Positions 49,049-58,501 of a stretch of DNA of 64,000 nucleotides are shown piece after piece. How positions within the stretch are numbered: position 1 is the stretch's first letter; the number at the start of each line of letters is the position of its first letter. The notes beneath the pieces were generated by a model, which saw nothing but the letters and a program-made list of their open reading frames with translations, was not told the DNA's origin and ran no database searches. The stretch is from an uncultured Gemmatimonadales bacterium (GTDB lineage: Bacteria > Gemmatimonadota > Gemmatimonadetes > Gemmatimonadales > GWC2-71-9). A program made the position numbers and the translations under genes. Where the stretch lies: contig CAVYZY010000002.1 of assembly GCA_963773095.1 (NCBI GenBank), positions 341,883 to 405,882 on the forward strand. Direction: 5' to 3'.

Positions 49049-49746
49049 CAGGACACCGCCCCCGCGCCGCCCGCCGGCACCAGCCGTCCCTCCTCGAGGG
49101 AGAGGATGCGATCGGCGCGCTGCGACAGCAGGTGATTGTGGGTCACGACCACGACCGCGGTTTCGTAGCTGCGCGCCAGTCCGGCGAACAAGTCGTGCAG
49201 CCGATCGGCGTTGTGCGCATCGAGGTTGCCGGACGGTTCATCGGCCAGCAGGAGCACCGGATCGTTCGCCAGCGCGCGGGCCACCGCGACCCGCTGCTGC
49301 TCGCCCCCGGAGAGGCGGCCGGGCTCGTGCGTCATGCGACCGGCGAGCCCCACGGCCGCGAGCAGCTCCTCGGCGCGGGCGCGGGCGGCCGACTCGGCCG
49401 CCCCGGCGATCAGCTGGGGGAGCATGACGTTCTCCAGCGCAGTGAACTCCCGCAGGAGGTGATGGAACTGGAACACGAACCCGATTTTCCGGCTGCGCAG
49501 CGCGGCCAGTTCGTCGCCGGAGAGCGCATGGTACTCGCTCCCATCCAGTGATACCGTGCCGCTCGTGGGCCGATCCAGTGCGCCCAGGAGGTGGAGCAGC
49601 GTGCTCTTCCCCGCCCCGCTCGCGCCCATGATCGCGACGAACTCACCCCGGGTGACGCTCAAGTCGGAGTTCACCAGCACGTCGATGGGCTGGCCGTCAC
49701 CACCTTCGTACACCTTGCGAACGCTGCGCGCCTCGAGGAGTGCCAT
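49048..49746 (-). CDS. lolD: ABC transporter ATP-binding protein (LolD-type)
   Basis: Walker A GASGAGKST, signature LSGGEQQRV and Walker B LLLADEP. TGATG junction with the permease gene. Confidence 0.8.
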   Translation of the reverse strand: MALLEARSVRKVYEGGDGQPIDVLVNSDLSVTRGEFVAIMGASGAGKSTLLHLLGALDRPTSGTVSLDGSEYHALSGDELAALRSRKIGFVFQFHHLLREFTALENVMLPQLIAGAAESAARARAEELLAAVGLAGRMTHEPGRLSGGEQQRVAVARALANDPVLLLADEPSGNLDAHNADRLHDLFAGLARSYETAVVVVTHNHLLSQRADRILSLEEGRLVPAGGAGAVS

Positions 49747-51028
49747 CACTCGTGCCGGATGGCTTCGACCGGCGTGAGCCGGGCAGCCGCACGCGCCGGG
49801 AACACGGTGGCAACCACCGCCAGGAGGAAGCTCGCGAGGATCACCACCAGCACGTCGAGCGGCTGCACGTGCACCGGGAGGCGGTCGATGAAGTAGACCG
49901 CCGGATCGATGCGCACGAGGCCCGACTGGTCCACGACATAGGCGATGCCGAGGCCGAGCATGAGGCCGACGCCGGTGCCGACGGCCCCGATGAGCGCGCC
50001 CTGCAGCAGGAAGATCCGGCCGATGGAGCGGCCGGTAACACCCATGGCCTGGAGGATGCCGATCTCCCGGGTCTTGTCGGTGACCACCATCGTGAGCGTG
50101 CCCACGATGTTGAACGCCGCCACGATCATGATGAAGAAGATCACGAGCCCCATGGCGATCTTCTCGAGCTGCAGCGCGCTGAAGAGCCCCTTGTTCTGGT
50201 CCTGCCAGTCGAGCGCGCGGAACGGGAAGCCGAGCTTCGCCTCGAGCCGCTTGCCCGCCTCCGGAGCCAAGTCGGGGTTGCGCAGGCGGATCTCGATGCC
50301 CGACACCGCGTCGCCGAGTCCGGCGAACTGCTGGGCCGCCGTCCGCGACATGACCACGAACTGGTTGTCGTACTGGAACATCCCGGTGTTGAAGATGCCG
50401 GTCACCTCGTACTGCCAGAGGCGCGGCACCGCGATGCCGAGCGCGGCGTTCACCCTGGGCGGCTTGGGCGGAATCAGGGTGACGACGTCGCCCACCTGCA
50501 CCCCGAAGCGGTCGGCGAGACGCTCCCCGAGAATTACGCCGCCGTCCACCGAGGCGTTGGTGGTCTGGAAGCGGAGATCGCCGCGGATGATCTTCTCCGG
50601 CAGCGTGGTGACCGCCATCGACCCGGTGTCGGCCTCAAACCCAAGGATGTTGACCGCCTCGGCATAGTCGCGCCCGGCGGTGAGGAGCGACTGGGAGATG
50701 ACCTCGGGCGCGGCAGCGACGACCTCCGGATCCTGGAGGATGATCTCCCGGGCCTTCTGCCAGTTGTCGATGCGCAGGCCGGAGCCGTAGGTCAGGATGC
50801 GCAGGTGCGGGTTGGCGACGAGGATGCGCTCGCGCAGGTCGTCGCGAAGGCCGTTCATGACACCGAGCACGACCACGAGGGCCGCGACGCCCACCATGAC
50901 ACCGCCAGTGGCGATCAGGGTGTTGAGCGAGAGGAAGCGCCCTTTGCGGCGCGACTGGAGGTAGCGTCGGGCGATGGTCCACTCGAGGCGTGAGGACGTG
51001 AAGACGTGAGGACGTGACGACGTTCCGC

Positions 51029-51032
<4 letters not shown>
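49746..51032 (-). CDS. lolE: Lipoprotein-releasing system permease (LolC/LolE, FtsX-like)
   Basis: IARRYLQSRRKGRFLSLNTLIATGGVMVG, the typical LolC/E N-terminus, and a C-terminal FtsX domain. GTG 51032 overlaps the lysS stop. The first ~15 codons lie in an octamer repeat. Confidence 0.8.
50985..51023. repeat. Tandem octamer array GAGGCGT GAGGACGT GAAGACGT GAGGACGT GACGACGT
   Basis: Read directly from the sequence. Lies at the lysS/lolE junction, inside the predicted lolE 5' end. Confidence 0.9.
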
Positions 51033-52569
<1,537 letters not shown>

Positions 52570-52573
<4 letters not shown>

Positions 52574-53674
52574 GCCGCCTTGCTCCCGAAGCGCTTGAGG
52601 TACGCCTGGATGAACTCATCGATGTCGCCGTCCATGACGCGATGCACGTCGCCGAGCTTGAGCTCGGTGCGGTGGTCGTTGACCATGGTGTAGGGCTGGA
52701 ACACGTAGGACCGGATCTGGTTGCCCCATGAGTTATCGGTCTTGGTGGCCTCGAGCTTGGCCTTTTCCGCTTCCTGCTCCTCGAGCTTCTTCTGGTAGAG
52801 CGCCGCGCGGAGCATCTTCATCGCCATCGCCTTGTTCTTGCCCTGGCTGCGCTCCTGCTGGCACGCCACGACGATCCCGGTGGGTTCGTGGGTGAGCCGC
52901 ACCGCGGACGACGTCTTGTTGACATGCTGGCCGCCGGCGCCCGATGCCCGATACACGTCCATCCTGATGTCCTCGTCGCGCAGGTCGATGTCGATAGTCT
53001 CGTCGATGTCGGGATAGACGAACACCGACGCGAAGGAGGTGTGCCGGCGCGACTGGGAATCGAAGGGCGAGATGCGCACCAGACGATGCACGCCCTTCTC
53101 GGCCTTGAGATATCCGTAGGCATACTGGCCCTTGATCTCGAGCGAGACCGACTTGATGCCGGCCTCTTCACCGGGGAGCAGGTCGAGGAGGGTCACGGTG
53201 AAGCCGTGGCGCTCGGCCCAGCGGTGGTACATGCGCATGAGCATCTCGGCCCAGTCCTGCGACTCGGTGCCGCCGGCGCCGGGATGGATGGTCAGGATGG
53301 CATCGCGACCATCGTCGGGGCCCTGCAGCATGGCCTGAAGCTCGAGCGCACGCACACCCTCGTCGAGGCGGGCCACCTCGCCCTCCAGTTCCACCTGCAT
53401 GCCCGCGTCCGGCTCGGCCTGCAGCAGGTCGGACAGCCCGCGTGCCTCGGTGGCGCGCGAGTTCAGGTCATCGAATGGACCGACCCAGTTCTTGAGCTGC
53501 TTCACTTCCTGCACCACGGTGCGCGCCCGTTCCTGGTTGGCCCAGAAACTGGCATCGCCCTGCTGGGACTCCAGCGTGCTCAGACGCTCCCGCTTGTTGT
53601 CCAGGTCAAAGAAAACCTCGGAGTTCGTGGAGGCGGAGCTCCAAGTCGGACAGGCGGTCGGTCAGGTCGGACAT
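52570..53674 (-). CDS. prfB: Peptide chain release factor 2, with programmed +1 ribosomal frameshift
   Basis: Frame 0 reads MSDLTDRLSDLELRLHELRGFL-TGA. The +1 frame continues DLDNKRERLSTLESQQGDASFWANQ... into ORF 52570-53517, which has SPF-type and GGQ (SGAGGQHVNKT) motifs. Confidence 0.9.
53605..53611 (-). promoter_or_regulatory. prfB: prfB +1 frameshift site CTT TGA C
   Basis: Minus strand reads CGAGGTTTTCTTTGACCTG, the canonical CUU UGA C slippery/stop context with an upstream GAGG. Confidence 0.85.
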
Positions 53675-53710
53675 GAAAAGCCCAAGTAAGAGTCGGAGGG
53701 AAAGTTAACA

Positions 53711-53761
53711 GCGTGAGGAGGAACTGCGACTGCGTGAGGGGGAACTGAAACAACGGGGAAC
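53711..53761. repeat. Purine-rich direct repeats GCGTGAGGAGGAACTG / GCGTGAGGGGGAACTG / CGGGGAAC, upstream of prfB
   Basis: Read directly from the sequence. Related motifs occur at 58418-58477 and 60545-60576. Confidence 0.8.
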
Positions 53762-53813
53762 GGGAAGAGAAGCGCTCGGCTCCCCTCCCGTTCACTATTT
53801 CCCTTCACTCCGT

Positions 53814-54488
53814 CTAGAAGATCGGGCTGCCGTCCCCCAGGATCTCGTTCAGCGCTTCGCGGAAGTACGGGGTCGAGTCGGCGAGCTCGCGGCCCACCTG
53901 CTCGACGTACTCCTCCCAGCTCTTAGTGATCTCTTCCTTGAACGAGTCCTTGATGGTGCCGGCCTTGAGCGCGTCACGGCGCTTGGCGGGGTGATAGACC
54001 ACCATGTCGGACACGAGGGCGCGCGCGAGGCGGCGGGCCTTGAGGGCCGGGTCCTGGGACAGGAAGGGATTGCCGGCGCGGCCGCCGGCCGCGGGACGCG
54101 GAGGCACGACGGGGTGCGGGAGCGGCGTGGTGCCGGCCCGCGTCTGCGGGGGACGGGCGCCGGGAATAGCGGGCGGAGGAATGAGTGCTCCCGCCTGCAT
54201 GGGGCGCGGGGTAACCGGCGTCGCCATGGGCGCCGGCGGCGCGGTACGCACCGGGGGCGCCACGGGTTCGGCCCGGGGCGGCGGCACCGGCGCGGGCGGT
54301 GGCGGTGGCGGCGGCGGGGCCATCCGGATCGGTGGCGGTGACTCCACCGCAGGCGCACCGGCCACCGGCGTGACCGACACCGGGAACACCGCGGCGCAGA
54401 CGGAGCAGCGCGCGCGAACGCCTCCCGCCGGAACCTTGGCGGGATCGACACGGAAGGTGGTGGAACAACTCGGGCACTGGACGTTCAT
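53814..54488 (-). CDS. MJ0042-type zinc-ribbon protein with a Pro-rich linker and a conserved C-terminal domain
   Basis: MNVQCPSCSTTFRV...ARCSVCAAVF, then a PPPPPPP-rich stretch, then ARRLARALVSDMVVYHP... Confidence 0.65.
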   Translation of the reverse strand: MNVQCPSCSTTFRVDPAKVPAGGVRARCSVCAAVFPVSVTPVAGAPAVESPPPIRMAPPPPPPPPAPVPPPRAEPVAPPVRTAPPAPMATPVTPRPMQAGALIPPPAIPGARPPQTRAGTTPLPHPVVPPRPAAGGRAGNPFLSQDPALKARRLARALVSDMVVYHPAKRRDALKAGTIKDSFKEEITKSWEEYVEQVGRELADSTPYFREALNEILGDGSPIF

Positions 54489-55444
54489 GCGCCCTCCTCT
54501 GCCGCCGTCCCCCGACGGCGATCAACGACGAATACGGAACCCGGCAAGGTCTTGGCGTAGCTCTTCATCTCGGTCGCGAGCTCGCTGACCTGCGCCGGAT
54601 GGGTGAACTTCCGGTTCCGGTTGGTGACGATGCCGATCGACAGCGTCATGAGCGGAACGCGGTGCAGCTGCCCGCGCCGGTCCTTGCCGAAGAAATACCC
54701 TGCCCGCCGGTCCTGGTCACTGTACTGCAGCGGGATCAGGATGTCGAAGACACTCAGGATCTCGGTGCAGACGAGGCTGATCTCGGTAGCCGGCACGATG
54801 AAGATGAAGTCGTCACCCCCAATGTGTCCCACGAAGCCGCGGGCGCCAAGCAGGCCCTTCACAACGTCGTGCAGCAGCCGGGACAGCAGGTAGATGACCC
54901 GGTCGCCATCATAATAGCTGTAACGGTCGTTGTATTCCTTGAAGTGGTCGAGGTCGGCGTAGCAGACCGCGAACTCCTCGGCCGTCTCCAGCCGCCGGCG
55001 CACGTCCCGCTCGATCTCGGTGGTGCCGGGGAGCCGGGTGGAGGGGTGGACCGAGACGTCACGCTCGGTGCGGGCGCGCATGGCCTCGATGCGGGCACGC
55101 TGCTCCTCGGGCGAGAAGAAGCTGGTCAAGACCTCGTCGGACCCTGCAGAAAACCACTCCCGGACCACCTCGCTGCGATGCTCACTGGCCAGGGCGACCA
55201 CGGGCACGATGGCGGTGAAGGCGTCGCCCTTGAGCCGGCGCACCAGCCCCAAGCCCTGCTCGGTAGCCCGCTCGGCGTCGAGAAAGAGCACGCACGGGTG
55301 ACCACGGAGCACGATCGATTCAATTTCCTCGGCGACGGCGAGTGAAACCAGGGGATAGGAGTGCTCCTGAGCCCAGTGACGCACCAGCGTCGGCACAGAA
55401 GCGCCGTCGGGTGCGTAGAAGAGAATTGTGGGTCTGGTTCGCAC
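54485..55444 (-). CDS. Response-regulator receiver + GGDEF-domain protein (signature reads GGDDF)
   Basis: N-terminal REC-like domain, then YADLDHFKEYNDRYSYYDGDRV...GHIGGDDFIFIV. ATGA overlap with the downstream Zn-ribbon gene. Confidence 0.75.
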   Translation of the reverse strand: MRTRPTILFYAPDGASVPTLVRHWAQEHSYPLVSLAVAEEIESIVLRGHPCVLFLDAERATEQGLGLVRRLKGDAFTAIVPVVALASEHRSEVVREWFSAGSDEVLTSFFSPEEQRARIEAMRARTERDVSVHPSTRLPGTTEIERDVRRRLETAEEFAVCYADLDHFKEYNDRYSYYDGDRVIYLLSRLLHDVVKGLLGARGFVGHIGGDDFIFIVPATEISLVCTEILSVFDILIPLQYSDQDRRAGYFFGKDRRGQLHRVPLMTLSIGIVTNRNRKFTHPAQVSELATEMKSYAKTLPGSVFVVDRRRGTAAEEGA

Positions 55445-55541
55445 CCTACTGGCCTCGTAAACTAATAATTGATAGTAACTTACGCAGTTCAGTAGGCAGA
55501 GTCAAACCGCCCGCCCCCACCGCCGCCCACTGTTACGTCCC

Positions 55542-57290
55542 CTAAATGAAGTACGCCGCAACCGCGATCATGGCATACACTGCAAGGAGCTGCACGCCCT
55601 CGAACCAATGCGACTCCCCGTCCAGGGTAACGATCGAGGTGGACAGCGTAGCGAGGAACAGGATCGCGACCTCGAACGGGGTGAAATCCAGGTTCATTGG
55701 CTGGCCCAAGAAGAGGCCGATAAACACGAGCAAAGGAGCGACAAGCAGTGCAATCTGTGTGCTCGAACCGAGGGAGATCTGGAGCGAAAGTTCGATCTGT
55801 CCCTTGCGGGCCACGGTGATGGCAGTGGCGTGCTCGGCGGCGTTGCCGATGATGGGGATGATGATCAGGCCCAGGAAGACCTGGGACAGTCCGAGCTGGG
55901 CGGTGACCGCTTCGGTGGCATGTACCAGGATCTCGGACTCGACGGCGATGCCGACCGTCGCGAGGGCCAGCACCAGGACCGCGAGTCCTAGGCCCCAGGG
56001 CTTGCCGGACACGGGATGCGGCTCGCCAGCGAGGAGGCGGCGGTGGGTCTTGAGGGTGAAGAGAAGCGACGCCGCGTAGGTAACGAGCAGCACCAGCGAC
56101 ACGCCCTCCTCCAGGTGCAGTCCGGCAACGCCGGCGCCGGGCTCGGGATGCGCGTACCTGAACAGTGCCGGCAGGACGAGGCTCATGACGGCGAGCATGA
56201 GCATGCCGGCGCTCATGCCGGCGTTGGTGCGATTGAACTTGAGCTCGGCTTTCCTGGCGCCTCCCGCCACGATCGACAATCCCAGGATGAGCAGCAGGTT
56301 GCCGAGAATGCTGCCGGTGATCGAGGCCTTGACCAGGTCCACGAGACCGGCCTGCAGGGCGACGATGGCAATGATGAGTTCCGCGGCGTTGCCGAACGTG
56401 GCGTTGAGCAGGCCGCCGAGGGTGGGGCCGGACCGGGCGGCAATCTGCTCGGTGGCCTCGCCCATGAAGCCGGCAAGCGGAAGCACGCCGAGGCAGGCGG
56501 AAGCGAACACGAGCAGCGGTGAGGCGTGCAGGTAGTTGAGCACGATGCTCGCCGGCACGGCAAGCAGGAAGAGGAACCGGCCCCACGAGATCTTCGGCCT
56601 GGACCTGGGTGCGAGCTTTCCCACCGACGGGGGCCGGCGCTCCTGGGGCTCGGTTTCGGGGGATTCGGTGCGCGGAGGGCGCTCAGGCCGCAGAGGGTGC
56701 TCAGGGCGCTCAGGGCGCGGAGGCCGCGCGGGACGCTCGGTGCGTTCATGCCGCGCCGGCCGCTCCTGCTTCTCGCGGGGCGGCTTTTCCTGACGCGGCT
56801 TCTGGGCACCCGGCTCGGCGGTGCGCTCGGGACGCGGCTGGTCCTCCCGCCTGGGTGGCACGGTCATGCCCGCACGGCTCGCCACTTCAGCGATCACGGC
56901 GTCGGCGTCGATGCCCTTGTCGCCGAGGAAGCGGGCAAGGGCGCCGCGCCGGTCGGTGAGTGCCGCGAGGAGTAGCTTCGCCTCGAGCGGTCCCTCGCCG
57001 GTGGTGCCAGCCTCGAGGAGGCGCCGGGCGTGCGACGAGAGTGGCACCCCCTCGGCCTGGGGGGCGTCGCTCCGCACGCGCACGCGCTTCTGCCCGTTCT
57101 CGAGTGCCGACGCGAGTGCAGCGCGCTCGATGCCGGCGGCATCGAGCGCTGACTGCGCCAACTCACTCGATCGCAGCAGGCCGAGGAGCAGGTGCTCGGA
57201 GCCGATGAACTCGTGGCCGAGACGCTCGGCCTCGGCGCGCGCTTCACCCAGGACGCGCTCGGCGCCTTCGCTCAGGGGTTGCTCAGACAT
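55542..57290 (-). CDS. Fusion protein: Clp_N (ClpA/B/C N-terminal repeat) domain + Pro/Arg/Glu-rich linker + Ca2+/H+ antiporter (CaCA/CAX)
   Basis: aa 1-145: [30 protein letters not shown] and a second repeat. aa ~146-260: PRPERP-type low-complexity linker. aa ~260-582: CAX core with both alpha-repeats (GNAAELIIAIVAL, GNAAEHATAITVA). One uninterrupted ORF. Confidence 0.75.
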   Translation of the reverse strand: MSEQPLSEGAERVLGEARAEAERLGHEFIGSEHLLLGLLRSSELAQSALDAAGIERAALASALENGQKRVRVRSDAPQAEGVPLSSHARRLLEAGTTGEGPLEAKLLLAALTDRRGALARFLGDKGIDADAVIAEVASRAGMTVPPRREDQPRPERTAEPGAQKPRQEKPPREKQERPARHERTERPARPPRPERPEHPLRPERPPRTESPETEPQERRPPSVGKLAPRSRPKISWGRFLFLLAVPASIVLNYLHASPLLVFASACLGVLPLAGFMGEATEQIAARSGPTLGGLLNATFGNAAELIIAIVALQAGLVDLVKASITGSILGNLLLILGLSIVAGGARKAELKFNRTNAGMSAGMLMLAVMSLVLPALFRYAHPEPGAGVAGLHLEEGVSLVLLVTYAASLLFTLKTHRRLLAGEPHPVSGKPWGLGLAVLVLALATVGIAVESEILVHATEAVTAQLGLSQVFLGLIIIPIIGNAAEHATAITVARKGQIELSLQISLGSSTQIALLVAPLLVFIGLFLGQPMNLDFTPFEVAILFLATLSTSIVTLDGESHWFEGVQLLAVYAMIAVAAYFI

Positions 57291-57310
57291 TGGACGGCAG
57301 GCTGGATGCG

Positions 57311-57338
57311 GTCACGAGTCGTGGGTCGTGAGTCGTGA
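57311..57338. repeat. Tandem heptamer array GTCACGA GTCGTGG GTCGTGA GTCGTGA
   Basis: Read directly from the sequence. Lies in the spacer between trm112 and the Clp_N-CAX gene. Confidence 0.9.
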
Positions 57339-57342
57339 CTGT

Positions 57343-57540
57343 TCACCTGGCAGGCGGGTACACTGACTCGTCGAGCGGTATCGCTTCCTCGATGAGCATG
57401 ATGGGGATGCCGTCCTCAACGCGGTAGACGAGCTTCGACTCCCGGCACACGAGCACCTCGGGTGGCCCCTCGTGATACTCCAGTGGTGCCTTGCTCTTGG
57501 GGCAGACCAGGATGTCCAGCAACTCCCTGGGCAGGCTCAT
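57343..57540 (-). CDS. Trm112/YcaR (UPF0434) family small zinc-ribbon-like protein
   Basis: MSLPRELLDILVCPKSKAPLEY...LVYRVEDGIPIMLIEEAI. ATG 57540 overlaps the era stop (ATGA). Confidence 0.8.
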   Translation of the reverse strand: MSLPRELLDILVCPKSKAPLEYHEGPPEVLVCRESKLVYRVEDGIPIMLIEEAIPLDESVYPPAR

Positions 57541-58406
57541 TTCTTCCGATCCGCGGGAGGAAAGCCGAAGCGCTGGAGCTGCGACTCGTTCTTGCGCCAG
57601 CGCGGCGCCACCTTCACCCGACATTCGAGATATACCTTCTGGCCCAGCAGGGCCTCCAGCCGGGCACGCGCGTGACTGCCGATCTGCTTGATCATGGCGC
57701 CATTGCGCCCGATGATCATGCCCTTCTGGGACTCTCGTTCAGCGAACAGTGATGCCCGAATGTACACCGGCTCCGCGGCCTCGCGGAACTCCTCGACCTC
57801 GGCTGTAAAGGAATACGGCAGTTCGTCGCCGAGGAGCTCGAAGGCGGCCTCGCGGAGGTACTCGACGACGAAGAAACGCATGGGCTGGGTGCCGACGTCA
57901 TCGGGATCGTACTCGAACGGCGCTTCGGGGAGCAGGGTGGCCACGCGCGCCAGGAGATGTTCGATCCCGTCCCCCGATTCGGAGGAGACGGCGAGGGCCT
58001 CGCGGGCAAGTTCGCGGCGGCGATCGGCGTGGACGAGATCGACCTTGGTGTAGACGACGAGGACAGGGGCGGAGAATTTCGCGTCGGGTCCGACCAGGTC
58101 GCGGAAGGCAGGCGCGGGGGCGTCGGCGGCCGGGTGGAGATGGAGGATGACATTCATGCGAGGCAAGGCGGCGAGGGCGAGCTCGCGCATACGCTCCTGC
58201 ATGAGGTAGCTGGGGTCGAGGAGCCCCGGGAGGTCGTGCCAGATGTACTGGACGTCGCCCTCGGTGCGGAGCCCCACGACGGGGAGGCGCGTGGCCTGCG
58301 CCTTGGGGCTCACGATGGCGAGGTGGACGCCGACGAGGCGGTTCAGGAGCGAGGACTTGCCGACGTTTGGTGCGCCGGCGAGGGCAATGTGGCCGGTCTT
58401 TGTCAT
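57537..58406 (-). CDS. era: GTPase Era
   Basis: GHIALAGAPNVGKSSLLN G1 motif, DLPG, and a C-terminal KH domain (RASLFAERESQKGMIIGRNG). ATG at 58406. Confidence 0.9.
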   Translation of the reverse strand: MTKTGHIALAGAPNVGKSSLLNRLVGVHLAIVSPKAQATRLPVVGLRTEGDVQYIWHDLPGLLDPSYLMQERMRELALAALPRMNVILHLHPAADAPAPAFRDLVGPDAKFSAPVLVVYTKVDLVHADRRRELAREALAVSSESGDGIEHLLARVATLLPEAPFEYDPDDVGTQPMRFFVVEYLREAAFELLGDELPYSFTAEVEEFREAAEPVYIRASLFAERESQKGMIIGRNGAMIKQIGSHARARLEALLGQKVYLECRVKVAPRWRKNESQLQRFGFPPADRKK

Positions 58407-58417
58407 GCTGGAAGCTA

Positions 58418-58477
58418 GCGGAGGAGCAAGGCGTGAGGAGGAACAGCAACGGCGGAGGAACCGACAGCGGAAGGGGG
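58418..58477. repeat. Purine-rich motif cluster (GCGGAGGAGCAAG GCGTGAGGAGGAAC ... GGCGGAGGAACC ... GCGGAAGGGGG), upstream of era
   Basis: Read directly from the sequence. Shares GCGTGAGGAGGAAC with 53711-53724. Confidence 0.75.
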
Positions 58478-58501
58478 CTACGGAAAGACCAACGGCGGGC
58501 C

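Noticed and set aside
53517-53674. The prfB N-terminus in a different frame, as a fifth sequencing-type frameshift
   Set aside because: The break is at the canonical CTT TGA C autoregulatory site with an upstream SD-like GAGG, so it is a programmed frameshift and not an error.
55445-55541. An AT-rich patch (aaactaataattgatagtaactta) upstream of the REC-GGDEF gene as a defined promoter
   Set aside because: It is plausibly promoter DNA, but I could not place convincing -35/-10 hexamers at proper spacing, so it is not reported as a feature.
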